From Klebsiella pneumoniae (GTDB lineage Bacteria; Pseudomonadota; Gammaproteobacteria; Pseudomonadales; CAMAPQ01), in contig CAMAPQ010000001.1 in assembly GCA_945860125.1 (NCBI GenBank), positions 14,187 through 78,186 of the forward strand: DNA of 64,000 nt, in the 5' to 3' direction. A program made the position numbers and the translations under genes. Position 1 is the first letter of the stretch. Each line of letters opens with the position of its first letter. Under the pieces are notes generated by a model. It made no database searches. It was not told the DNA's origin and worked only from the letters and a program-made list of their open reading frames with translations. Shown here piece after piece: positions 1 to 7,791 of this stretch.

Positions 1-737
1 TGCGCAGGCTGGGCACCACCATTAGAACCATTACGGTTAACGCCTAAAATTCTTTTTAAAGTCGTTGCAACACCTGGAATGGTCACCTCTCTTTCGCGAA
101 AAGCAATCGTACGGTCACCCGCCCAGGCATATTTCAGAGGGAAAATTTTTGCTTTGAAATCAGATGATCGCTGATCATGGACAGTCTCATCATGCAAACG
201 TGCAATGCTTAAAACTAACTCAACATAACGTGGCGGCCCTGAGACAAATAAAATGGCCCCACTTTGCATATTTTTCCACTGAAAACGATCATCATAAACA
301 CCCAACTGCTGAAGAATTTTCTTCAATTTATCTGAAGTTAAATAATTCAGATGAAGAACATCAGAACGCACTTCATCTGAATTATAAATATATAGCACAT
401 TGCCATCGAAATACCAGGTAATACGATACAAAGACTCCATCTCTTTTAAAAAATTGTCAGCATCAACATGCTCAAATTTAGCATTGACGACATCTTTTCT
501 TGCTGCCGCTTTTTCTGAAAACTGAATAGGCATATTTAAGCCTGACGAAAAACTTTGTAGCACATCAATTAATGGTTCATTTTGCGAGAAATGACTGAAG
601 CTTTTCCCTTCCCATTTTTCAGCAGCAAATATAGGCTGAATAAAAACAATCTGGAAACAGCCTAAAAACAAACCCATCAAACAAGATAAAATTCTTTTTT
701 TATGATCACGACCTTTAAAAATCGTTTTGCGTATCAT
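1..737 (-). CDS. sctC: Type III secretion outer-membrane secretin SctC (YscC/PscC family), N-terminal 245 codons; gene continues beyond the left window edge
   Basis: Absent from the supplied ORF track because it is open to the window edge. Hand translation of the reverse strand from ATG at 737..735 gives MIRKTIFKGRDHKKRILSCLMGLFLGCFQIVFIQPIFAAEKW...FEHVDADNFLKEMESLYRITWYFDGNVLYIYNSDEV...LFVSGPPRYVELV...KIFPLKYAWAGDRTI...IPGVATTLKRIL. These blocks follow Yersinia YscC as I recall it (FEHDNPQDFL..SLYNLVWYYDGNVLYIF; VYVSGPPRYLELV; IFPLKYASASDRTI; PGVATILQRVL). The N-terminus looks like a signal peptide. The start overlaps the stop of the upstream gene (ATGA). Confidence 0.9.
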   Translation of the reverse strand, partial: MIRKTIFKGRDHKKRILSCLMGLFLGCFQIVFIQPIFAAEKWEGKSFSHFSQNEPLIDVLQSFSSGLNMPIQFSEKAAARKDVVNAKFEHVDADNFLKEMESLYRITWYFDGNVLYIYNSDEVRSDVLHLNYLTSDKLKKILQQLGVYDDRFQWKNMQSGAILFVSGPPRYVELVLSIARLHDETVHDQRSSDFKAKIFPLKYAWAGDRTIAFREREVTIPGVATTLKRILGVNRNGSNGGAQPA

Positions 738-1177
738 ACCGTGTTACCTATAACGACATTATTTTTAACTTTATGCTCTTCAGCAAGAATACCCTCACAA
801 ACAGCTCGATAAGCCCGAAGCAAAGAAAGAAACCGCCAAAAAACCTCATCAAATTTAAAGGAATCTAATGAAGAGACCGAACGGAATAATTTAATAACAT
901 TTGATGTTTTATCTAAATAAATTAAGGCAGAATCAACTGACATTAAACGATAAGCATGACGTAGTAACTCTACTTGAAACACTGAAGCCAATTGATCCCA
1001 CTCAGATAGACAAAGAATTTCCGCTTCAAGATAAACCCAGCGCTCATCATTATTTAATTGAACAGAAGTGTTCACATCAATCACAAATTCCACCATTAAG
1101 CCATCATCTGATTTTTTCATAATCAGAAAAGGCATTTCTTGTTCTATTTTTCTCAATATATTTTTAAAAATACTCAT
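734..1177 (-). CDS. T3SS class I chaperone, YscB/PscB-like (expected co-chaperone of the gatekeeper)
   Basis: The track ORF is 734..1216 with a GTG start. I prefer the ATG at 1177 (MSIFKNILRKIEQ..., 147 aa). It is a small protein directly upstream of sctC and coupled to it by an ATGA overlap, matching the yscB-yscC arrangement. Loose colinearity with YscB (LLKNLAASLG.. / ..LVLDDCGQLVLEARL versus IFKNILRKIEQ.. / ..LIYLDKTSNVIKLFRSV). Confidence 0.6.
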   Translation of the reverse strand: MSIFKNILRKIEQEMPFLIMKKSDDGLMVEFVIDVNTSVQLNNDERWVYLEAEILCLSEWDQLASVFQVELLRHAYRLMSVDSALIYLDKTSNVIKLFRSVSSLDSFKFDEVFWRFLSLLRAYRAVCEGILAEEHKVKNNVVIGNTV

Positions 1178-1534
1178 GCATACAACCTGCATTACACAAT
1201 CCTGATTTAAAATCACTCATTATTAATAGCTTAGCCTGCAACTAAACAAGACTTGCTTTATTATAATGACCCAAGAGAATTACATTGTTACTAATCGCCA
1301 GCTTTTTGTTAGGACAAAACCAAAGGACAGAGCGGTTTTTTAATTACATTGGCTTACAGGAATAACATCAAGACATTACCGATTTGAGTCTCTTATTCAA
1401 ATATAATCCAACCAAACTCACAGCTTCACTTAAAATTAAATATAACTGCTCGTTTTTTGATCGTGCGCAATCATTGACTTAGTAACAATGCAAAAAAGTT
1501 AACTTTTTGACACAAAATAGATAGAAGTATTTTT

Positions 1535-2722
1535 ATGGCAATTGATCCGATTTCTGGCACAAATAAAAGAGCTAATTTACAAGCTTTCACTGCTCAGCCA
1601 TTACATGCTACGCCTGGTTCAGTATCCGAAATGCTGAAAGGGCAATTTAATGGCAAGCAAGTTCAGCAGCATGCTAGCCCACAGTCAATTATGCAAAACT
1701 CAATGGAAGAGCTCTCTATTGGGATATCTAGTAAACTTGGCAGGAATGCCGGCAAACGCACCCAAAAAAATGACGAAGATATCCAAGTTGTTGTTGAAGA
1801 CCTTCACGAAAGCGATACAGAAAATCTACTTAAAAAATTCACGCCGCAACAAAAGGATACGCTGGAAAAATTAATTCAGCAGTTATTCAAGGAAAATAAA
1901 GATCCACAACAAATGATGACTGATCTCAAAAAATCTTTTTCAGATTCGAGCGATCAATATCTCGCCTTGCAAGTTTTAAAATTGCGTTTTTTAGCCACAT
2001 TAAATCGCTCTTCCAATTTAGGTATGGGTGATTTTGAAAAATTCTCTAAACTAATTGGCGCAGCAAATGAAGAATTGATTCTACTAATGGATACAAAAAC
2101 GGCAGATATTCGTGCAGGACTCAACATTGCTGAAGCGACGCAAGAATATGCCGCTAAGTTTGCAGTAAGCGCTGAAGTATTAAAGCAGTTTTATCGCAGT
2201 ACGATACTACGCTACAAAACGCCTAAAGAACTTTTAAAGTATATTCTTGAAAAATTTGGTGCTGATAAATTAGATGATTCAATGAATTTTCTTTCTAAAT
2301 CAGTCTCAACTGATATACAAATTTTAAATAGTTCTATATCAAAAAACCAACTCGGCACAATTATTACTGACTTATATAATCTTGCTTCTCTTAAACAAGT
2401 TTATCGCCAAACAAAACAATTAATTGATCAATCAAGAAAGTATTTTAAATGCGGACTTACAATTACAACTCATGACCTAATGGTAAGTTTATTAGATATG
2501 ACAGAAAAACAATGGCTCAGCAAACTTGAGGTTGATAAATATTTGCGCACATTTGACGCACAAGAGACAAAAGAGATGATTCCTATCTTAAATAAAACAA
2601 AAGAAATACTTCGAGCGTTACCCTTGGCTCTTTATGCAGATATAAAAACGCGGGACAAATTACTGATGTCTATTGGCGACGCGGTGGGCAGCTATTCGAT
2701 ACAGGAGCTGAGAAATTCATGA
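1535..2722 (+). CDS. sctW: T3SS gatekeeper SctW, single-ORF YopN-TyeA-type fusion (395 aa)
   Basis: First gene of the operon ending in sctV. The central block SDSSDQYLALQVLKLRFL is typical of the HrpJ/YopN/InvE family. The last ~85 aa (DLMVSLLDMTEKQWL...LPLALYADIKTRDKLLMSIGDAV) align by eye with TyeA (DIVALVDKRW...[23 protein letters not shown]). Size is close to YopN plus TyeA combined. Confidence 0.8.
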   Translation: MAIDPISGTNKRANLQAFTAQPLHATPGSVSEMLKGQFNGKQVQQHASPQSIMQNSMEELSIGISSKLGRNAGKRTQKNDEDIQVVVEDLHESDTENLLKKFTPQQKDTLEKLIQQLFKENKDPQQMMTDLKKSFSDSSDQYLALQVLKLRFLATLNRSSNLGMGDFEKFSKLIGAANEELILLMDTKTADIRAGLNIAEATQEYAAKFAVSAEVLKQFYRSTILRYKTPKELLKYILEKFGADKLDDSMNFLSKSVSTDIQILNSSISKNQLGTIITDLYNLASLKQVYRQTKQLIDQSRKYFKCGLTITTHDLMVSLLDMTEKQWLSKLEVDKYLRTFDAQETKEMIPILNKTKEILRALPLALYADIKTRDKLLMSIGDAVGSYSIQELRNS

Positions 2723-3114
2723 ACGCCTTATCTCCTCATATTTTAGACGCCATTACTTCTTTTGGTGAAATGATTGGCATCAACAAACTGATTCCAACAA
2801 ATAACGGCATATTTGCTTTTGCGCTAGAAGGGGGCGACGTATTTAATCTTGAATATAGTCAAGATAGTTTATTTTCTTTTTACGTTTTTGAGGTAGATGC
2901 ATTTGATATTGACAGAGCATGCCACCAAACCCTGCTTGCCACGTCACCCGACCTACATTATCCACAAGAATTGCGCACAGGCTTAATGGGCGAAAAACAC
3001 ATTGTTTTATCGATAAAAATGAATGAGGAAGCGGTAACGCCCAATCAAATTGTCAATGTGTTTGAGTTACTAATCAAACAAAAAGAAACACTTCAGCGAT
3101 CACTAATGAACTAG
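2719..3114 (+). CDS. T3SS chaperone, SycN/Pcr2-like
   Basis: 131 aa with an ATGA overlap onto sctW. Its position matches sycN. The C-terminal block LRTGLMGEKHIVLSIKMNEEAVTPNQIVNVFELLIKQKETL parallels SycN [41 protein letters not shown]. Confidence 0.65.
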   Translation: MNALSPHILDAITSFGEMIGINKLIPTNNGIFAFALEGGDVFNLEYSQDSLFSFYVFEVDAFDIDRACHQTLLATSPDLHYPQELRTGLMGEKHIVLSIKMNEEAVTPNQIVNVFELLIKQKETLQRSLMN

Positions 3115-3121
3115 GTTATTT

Positions 3122-3526
3122 ATGGATAAAAATATTGCTAACAATCAAAGTATTCAGGGGTTTTCAAGAGGAAGAGACAGCCTTATTCCTGAAGAAAACA
3201 GAAAAGAAAGCATTAAAAGTAATGAGGGAGCTCAAGGTAATTTTTTTGCCTCAGGCAATAAAATTGTTTTTAAAACAGACGCCTACTTTGGCCATCACAG
3301 CACTTTAGATCAAGAGTTACTAAAGTGGCTCAAACCTAACGTCCGCCAAGAGATTACTTCGCCCCTATTTTATTACCAAATTTTTAACCGCTTAACTAAG
3401 CGCAGGCATAAAAACAGTGCAGGCAATGAGGAAAAAATACCAGAACAAGCTGCACAGATTCTAATCGAAATGGAAACAAATTTAGAGCAGCTCAATAATC
3501 ACTTACTCACCTTAAGAAAAAATTAG
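3122..3526 (+). CDS. YscX/Pcr3-like early T3SS substrate (positional assignment)
   Basis: 134 aa in the yscX position between the sycN-like and yscY-like genes. Only weak C-terminal resemblance (AAQILIEMETNLEQLNNHLLTLRK versus YscX AAALLKCQQDDDRLLQIILNLLHK). Confidence 0.45.
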   Translation: MDKNIANNQSIQGFSRGRDSLIPEENRKESIKSNEGAQGNFFASGNKIVFKTDAYFGHHSTLDQELLKWLKPNVRQEITSPLFYYQIFNRLTKRRHKNSAGNEEKIPEQAAQILIEMETNLEQLNNHLLTLRKN

Positions 3527-3557
3527 ATTCCACTTATGAAACAAAGAAGAAAAATAA

Positions 3558-3896
3558 ATGTTGAAAACTGAAGAAGCAGAATGGCTTGTTGCTACAGCCC
3601 ATGTATTCATTCAATACAATAAGCCACTTAAAGCGATTGCTTTGCTTGAGTGGGTTTTAGAGGAACAAGTCGATATGTTTGATGCAGCCAAAAATTTAGT
3701 TATGGCTTATTACCTCGCTGAAGATTACAAAAAAGCAAGCAAGCTGTGCAGCAAAGTCATACAAACAACAACAGAAGATAATCCAGATCTTTACTATCTA
3801 TCGGTATTACAAGGCTTAATTGCCAGTAAACTTAATGAGCATAGCACCGCAAGAAAACTGTTTTTTAAGTTTCTTGATTTTAGAGGTACACGATAA
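3558..3896 (+). CDS. YscY/Pcr4-like TPR-type chaperone (SctY)
   Basis: 112 aa helical TPR-like protein immediately upstream of sctV, sharing one base with it (TAATG). LVATAHVFIQYNKPLKAIALLEWVL parallels YscY LLLNGWLQLQCGHAERACILLDALL. Size is close to YscY. Confidence 0.6.
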   Translation: MLKTEEAEWLVATAHVFIQYNKPLKAIALLEWVLEEQVDMFDAAKNLVMAYYLAEDYKKASKLCSKVIQTTTEDNPDLYYLSVLQGLIASKLNEHSTARKLFFKFLDFRGTR

Positions 3897-5983
3897 TGAA
3901 AAGAAATTTCGCCTGGCTTAATCAGCTCAACTTCAGGAGCGATATTGCAATTGCAATTGGCGTGGTAATGGTCATCTTTATGATGATCCTACCATTGCCC
4001 ACCTTTCTCATTGATATCCTAATAGGAACAAACATTAGTATCGCCATTATTTTGCTGATGGTTGCTATCTACATGACATCTCCCTTAGAACTGCTTGCTT
4101 TTCCAACTATTCTACTTTTAACCACACTTTTACGGCTTTCTTTGTCTATCGCAACGACTAGGCTGATTTTGCTGGATGGAGAAGCGGGCGATATTATTGA
4201 AACTTTTGGTAATCTTGTCGTGGGCGGCAACCTAGTGGTAGGTCTCGTTATTTTCTTAATTATTACCATTGTTCAGTTCATTGTTATTACTAAAGGTGCT
4301 GAACGGGTTGCAGAAGTGGGCGCGCGCTTTTCATTAGATGGCATGCCCGGAAAGCAAATGAGTATTGATGCAGATATGAGAGCGGGCACAATTGATTTAG
4401 ATGAAGCAAAACGCCGCCGAAAATTAGTTGAAAAAGAAAGCCAACTCTTCGGATCCATGGATGGCGCAATGAAGTTTGTTAAGGGTGATGCCATTGCAAG
4501 CTTAATTATTATCTTTGTTAATATTATTGGTGGCCTTGCCATTGGCACGCTACAGCAAGAAATGAGCTTTAGCGATGCACTACACCATTACGCCATTTTA
4601 ACCATTGGCGATGGCTTAGTTGCTCAAATTCCAGCGCTTATTATTTCAATTGCAGCGGGTATTATCGTTACACGCGTAACAGGAGAAGATGAAACAGATC
4701 TTGGAAGTGCTATTACCTCTCAGGTTGCTAAAAAACCACTGGCAATGATGGTCGCAAGCGGCATGTTATTTGTATTTGCTCTAGTGCCAGGGCTGCCATG
4801 GGTAACATTTTTAGGTTTATCTTTAGCGACTGGTTTAGGCAGCTATTTTATTACCCGCGCAAACAAGAAAAAAGAACTTACCGGAGAAGAGAATCTAGGC
4901 TTCACCACTTCTCATGAGGGTGGCAAAAATCCAAAGGGCAGTACCGCAGGCGGTGATGCACCGTTTGAAGTAACCGTTCCTATCATCGTAGAAATTGATC
5001 AAAGCGTCGAAAAAGTACTTGATCTTAAAGAGTTAAACGAAGAAATTTCAAATGTTAGAAAAACACTTTATATGGATTTAGGCGTACCGTTTCCAGGCAT
5101 TCATTTGCACTATACGCAAAAGACTAAAGCCTATAGTTACAATATTTTCCTTCACGAAGCGCCCATGTCTAACGGTGAACTACGTCCAGGCCATGTAATG
5201 GTTATTAACCAACTTGATGAGCTTAAAATTTTGGGCTTTGGTAAGCAAGCTGAAAATCAATTTCTACCCCATCATGCCGTTACATGGGTGCCGAAAGAAC
5301 AAAAAGAGACGCTATCACAGGGTAAAATTCAGTTTTTAGAACTCCCACAAGTTCTCACCTACCATATCTCTCTTATTTTGAAACGCTACGCCGGCGAATT
5401 TATGGGACTACAAGAAACGAAGCAATTGCTGGCGCAAGTTGAAGAAAAATTTGGCGAACTTGTTAAAGAAGTTCAGCGTTTATTACCCACTCAAAAAATT
5501 GCCGAAATATTTCAACGCTTAGTGAATGAAGAGATATCTATTAGAAACCTTAAAAAGATACTGGAATCTCTCATTGAATGGGCACAAAAAGAAAAAGAAG
5601 TGGTTCTGCTCACTGAATATGTTAGAAGCTCTTTAAAACGTTATATCAGCTATAAATATAGTAATGGCCAGAATATTCTGCCTGCTTATTTGATTGATCA
5701 GGATCTTGAAAATGTTATTCGTAATGCGATTCGCCAAACCTCCGCAGGCTCTTATTTAGCGATTGATCCTGTCACGAACGAGAAAATTGTATCAAGCGTT
5801 AAACTTAACGTCGGCGATCTTACCAAGCTTTCATCTAAACCTGTGTTACTCACATCTTTGGATATAAGACGTTACGTGCGCGTGATTATTGAAAAAGAAT
5901 TACCAACGCTACCAGTACTGTCCTATCAGGAGCTAACACCGGATATAAGCATTCATCCTCTGGGTCGTATTTCATTAGATTAA
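3896..5983 (+). CDS. sctV: T3SS export-apparatus gate protein SctV (YscV/LcrD/PcrD family)
   Basis: 695 aa. The N-terminal polytopic membrane domain carries the FHIPEP-family block ITKGAERVAEVGARFSLDGMPGKQMSIDADMRAGTID..EAKRRR and GDGLVAQIPALIISIAAGIIVTRV, followed by a large cytoplasmic C-terminal domain. Confidence 0.95.
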   Translation: MKRNFAWLNQLNFRSDIAIAIGVVMVIFMMILPLPTFLIDILIGTNISIAIILLMVAIYMTSPLELLAFPTILLLTTLLRLSLSIATTRLILLDGEAGDIIETFGNLVVGGNLVVGLVIFLIITIVQFIVITKGAERVAEVGARFSLDGMPGKQMSIDADMRAGTIDLDEAKRRRKLVEKESQLFGSMDGAMKFVKGDAIASLIIIFVNIIGGLAIGTLQQEMSFSDALHHYAILTIGDGLVAQIPALIISIAAGIIVTRVTGEDETDLGSAITSQVAKKPLAMMVASGMLFVFALVPGLPWVTFLGLSLATGLGSYFITRANKKKELTGEENLGFTTSHEGGKNPKGSTAGGDAPFEVTVPIIVEIDQSVEKVLDLKELNEEISNVRKTLYMDLGVPFPGIHLHYTQKTKAYSYNIFLHEAPMSNGELRPGHVMVINQLDELKILGFGKQAENQFLPHHAVTWVPKEQKETLSQGKIQFLELPQVLTYHISLILKRYAGEFMGLQETKQLLAQVEEKFGELVKEVQRLLPTQKIAEIFQRLVNEEISIRNLKKILESLIEWAQKEKEVVLLTEYVRSSLKRYISYKYSNGQNILPAYLIDQDLENVIRNAIRQTSAGSYLAIDPVTNEKIVSSVKLNVGDLTKLSSKPVLLTSLDIRRYVRVIIEKELPTLPVLSYQELTPDISIHPLGRISLD

Positions 5984-6118
5984 GCTAAGCTCGACATATC
6001 GTTCTTTTAAAACTCAAGCGCTCCTAAGCAAATGGGAAAGGTCTCTCCAAGAGAACCAACCAACAAAGAAGCGCCTGTTTTTAGAAGCAAATCACGTCAA
6101 GCGCACATGGTGTATTTT

Positions 6119-7558
6119 TTAATACCTCGCTCTCGAACTATAACTAGAAATGCTCGAAATGCTCGAATCATCATCAGAAATGCTCGAAATGCTCGAATCA
6201 TCATCAGAAATGCTCAAAAAGCTATTGACAGAGGTACTCCAGCTAGAAGCAGAGAGAAGCCAAGTATCGTCATCATTCTCGCTAACCGCTATTCCCCTTT
6301 CCTTGTCTTTTTTAGCTTTAATTTGAAAAAGATAGAAATCCAAAGTTTGAATCGCATCCTCCAGACTTGTTTTTTCATTCCCACTAGATGATCTGCTTTC
6401 AAGTGTATTTTTATACGTTATAAGGCCCTTTTTAAGAAAATTTAGCAGAGTACATAACTTAGTTTTTGATTCAAAAACAGTCTTTTGACTTAGGTTTAAA
6501 ATAAAATTTCTACGGGCATCTAAGTCGGTTACAAACACTGAAGATGCATATAGCTCAGAGATGACCGTATTCATACTACTTATCCAAATCTTACGATCAC
6601 CCAAGGAAATTTTAGAAAAATATCCGTTGATAAATATTATACCGGCGAAAGCAATGTAGACATCTCTTTGCTTGACGAGAACATTTGCCACTTTGGCATC
6701 ACGCCTAAATAACCCTGAATTCATAGGCGCTGTAATTCTAGATTGAAAAATAGCAGCAAGTTTCTGATGTTGTTTAGATGTAAGTGACGCTAAAAATGTT
6801 GGTGTATTAATCAGTTTATTTAGAATTAAATTGTTTTTTAGAACTACCTGCTTATCTTCACTCTGCTCAGACTCTCCAAGCATAGTAATAAAACCTTCGA
6901 GCAAAAACTCACGGTAAGGTTTCATATTAGGCGTATTACTATCGAGCAAAGGCGCGAGTAACTCTTCATATACAAACTCAGCATGCTGAGGAGTTGTAAC
7001 AAGGGTTTTATTAATTAAGCCTATGATTTCTTCATGCTGACTCAATGTTAGTGATTTAAAAAAAAGAGGGTTCTTGAGAATTGAAGAAAGCATTATCAGA
7101 CATTTTTTCTTGCTAGTTACACTAGTTAAATTAGCGTTAAAAACACCAGCTGCGTTGATCATGTACTTATACAGGCGCTCCTTAGGATCTTCTGTCTCGT
7201 TAAGACCGGTACTGTTAGCTAACTCTACCTCTTGGAAGGTCTCTTGATTAACCTCACGATTAATCTCGTTGTTATCATCAGGAGGGCTTATATTAGTTGC
7301 ATTATCGCTTGTGGTCTCATCGCATGATCTCAACCTCCATTGAAAAGCTCTGCTTACTCTAAAGATATGCCCAAATGAAACAGGTGGCCTTCTAGCATCC
7401 ACCATTCCTTCATCTCTTCTTATCTGGCTTTTTTCTTCTAGGCTTAAAAGAGGCTCCATTTGAACCAATGAGCCAGCTTCTTTTTGACGCAATGTGCAGC
7501 CTGCAAAAAGATTTCGCCATTGAGTTAATTTCGGGATGCTAGCTAGAGAGAAGCTCAT
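6119..7558 (-). CDS. Orphan 479-aa protein with acidic Ser-rich tandem-repeat C-terminus; candidate T3SS substrate
   Basis: Long uninterrupted ORF convergent on sctV. No catalytic or domain motif I recognise. The N-terminus MSFSLASIPKLTQWRNLFAGCTLRQK has no Asp/Glu in the first 26 residues. An internal duplication is visible: NPLFFKSLTLSQHEEIIGLINKTLVTTP versus NTPTFLASLTSKQHQKLAAIFQSRITAP. The C-terminus reads SISDDDSSISSISDDDSSISSIS. Confidence 0.7.
   Translation of the reverse strand: MSFSLASIPKLTQWRNLFAGCTLRQKEAGSLVQMEPLLSLEEKSQIRRDEGMVDARRPPVSFGHIFRVSRAFQWRLRSCDETTSDNATNISPPDDNNEINREVNQETFQEVELANSTGLNETEDPKERLYKYMINAAGVFNANLTSVTSKKKCLIMLSSILKNPLFFKSLTLSQHEEIIGLINKTLVTTPQHAEFVYEELLAPLLDSNTPNMKPYREFLLEGFITMLGESEQSEDKQVVLKNNLILNKLINTPTFLASLTSKQHQKLAAIFQSRITAPMNSGLFRRDAKVANVLVKQRDVYIAFAGIIFINGYFSKISLGDRKIWISSMNTVISELYASSVFVTDLDARRNFILNLSQKTVFESKTKLCTLLNFLKKGLITYKNTLESRSSSGNEKTSLEDAIQTLDFYLFQIKAKKDKERGIAVSENDDDTWLLSASSWSTSVNSFLSISDDDSSISSISDDDSSISSISSYSSRARY
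6147..6216. repeat. 30-bp perfect tandem repeat (2 full copies plus partial flanks) inside the 3' end of the 479-aa gene
   Basis: tgctcgaaatgctcgaatcatcatcagaaa occurs at 6151..6180 and again at 6181..6210, followed by tgctca. On the coding (minus) strand this encodes SISDDDSSIS twice. Confidence 0.95.
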
Positions 7559-7791
7559 TGAATTTCCACTATTATATTTAAAGATTTACGATAGGCCTGA
7601 TCTTAATATTTGATCATTGTTCCATAACACGCTTGCTGCTTAGCTTTTAGCGATACTATAAAGCCGTATAGTATTAATTTAATATTATTTATGCAAGCCT
7701 CACCTTCATCAAAGTATTTTTGAGTTATCAACAGAAATAGTGTGTAATTATTGAACAAAATCACTCTAAACCATCAAAGCACAATAAAAAT

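Noticed and set aside
164-421. 85-aa plus-strand ORF at the left edge
   Set aside because: It lies antisense within the hand-translated sctC coding region, which has strong family-specific similarity.
1650-1874. 74-aa alternative-frame ORF inside sctW
   Set aside because: It is nested out of frame within the gatekeeper gene, with no support.
4069-4548. Two minus-strand ORFs (66 and 91 aa) inside sctV
   Set aside because: Antisense to a highly conserved membrane-protein gene. They are typical shadow ORFs.
6032-6391. 119-aa plus-strand ORF with RNARNARIIIRNARNARIII repeats
   Set aside because: It is the antisense reading of the 30-bp tandem repeat and lies inside the much longer minus-strand 479-aa gene. 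The sequence is low-complexity, and the ORF is open only because of the repeat.
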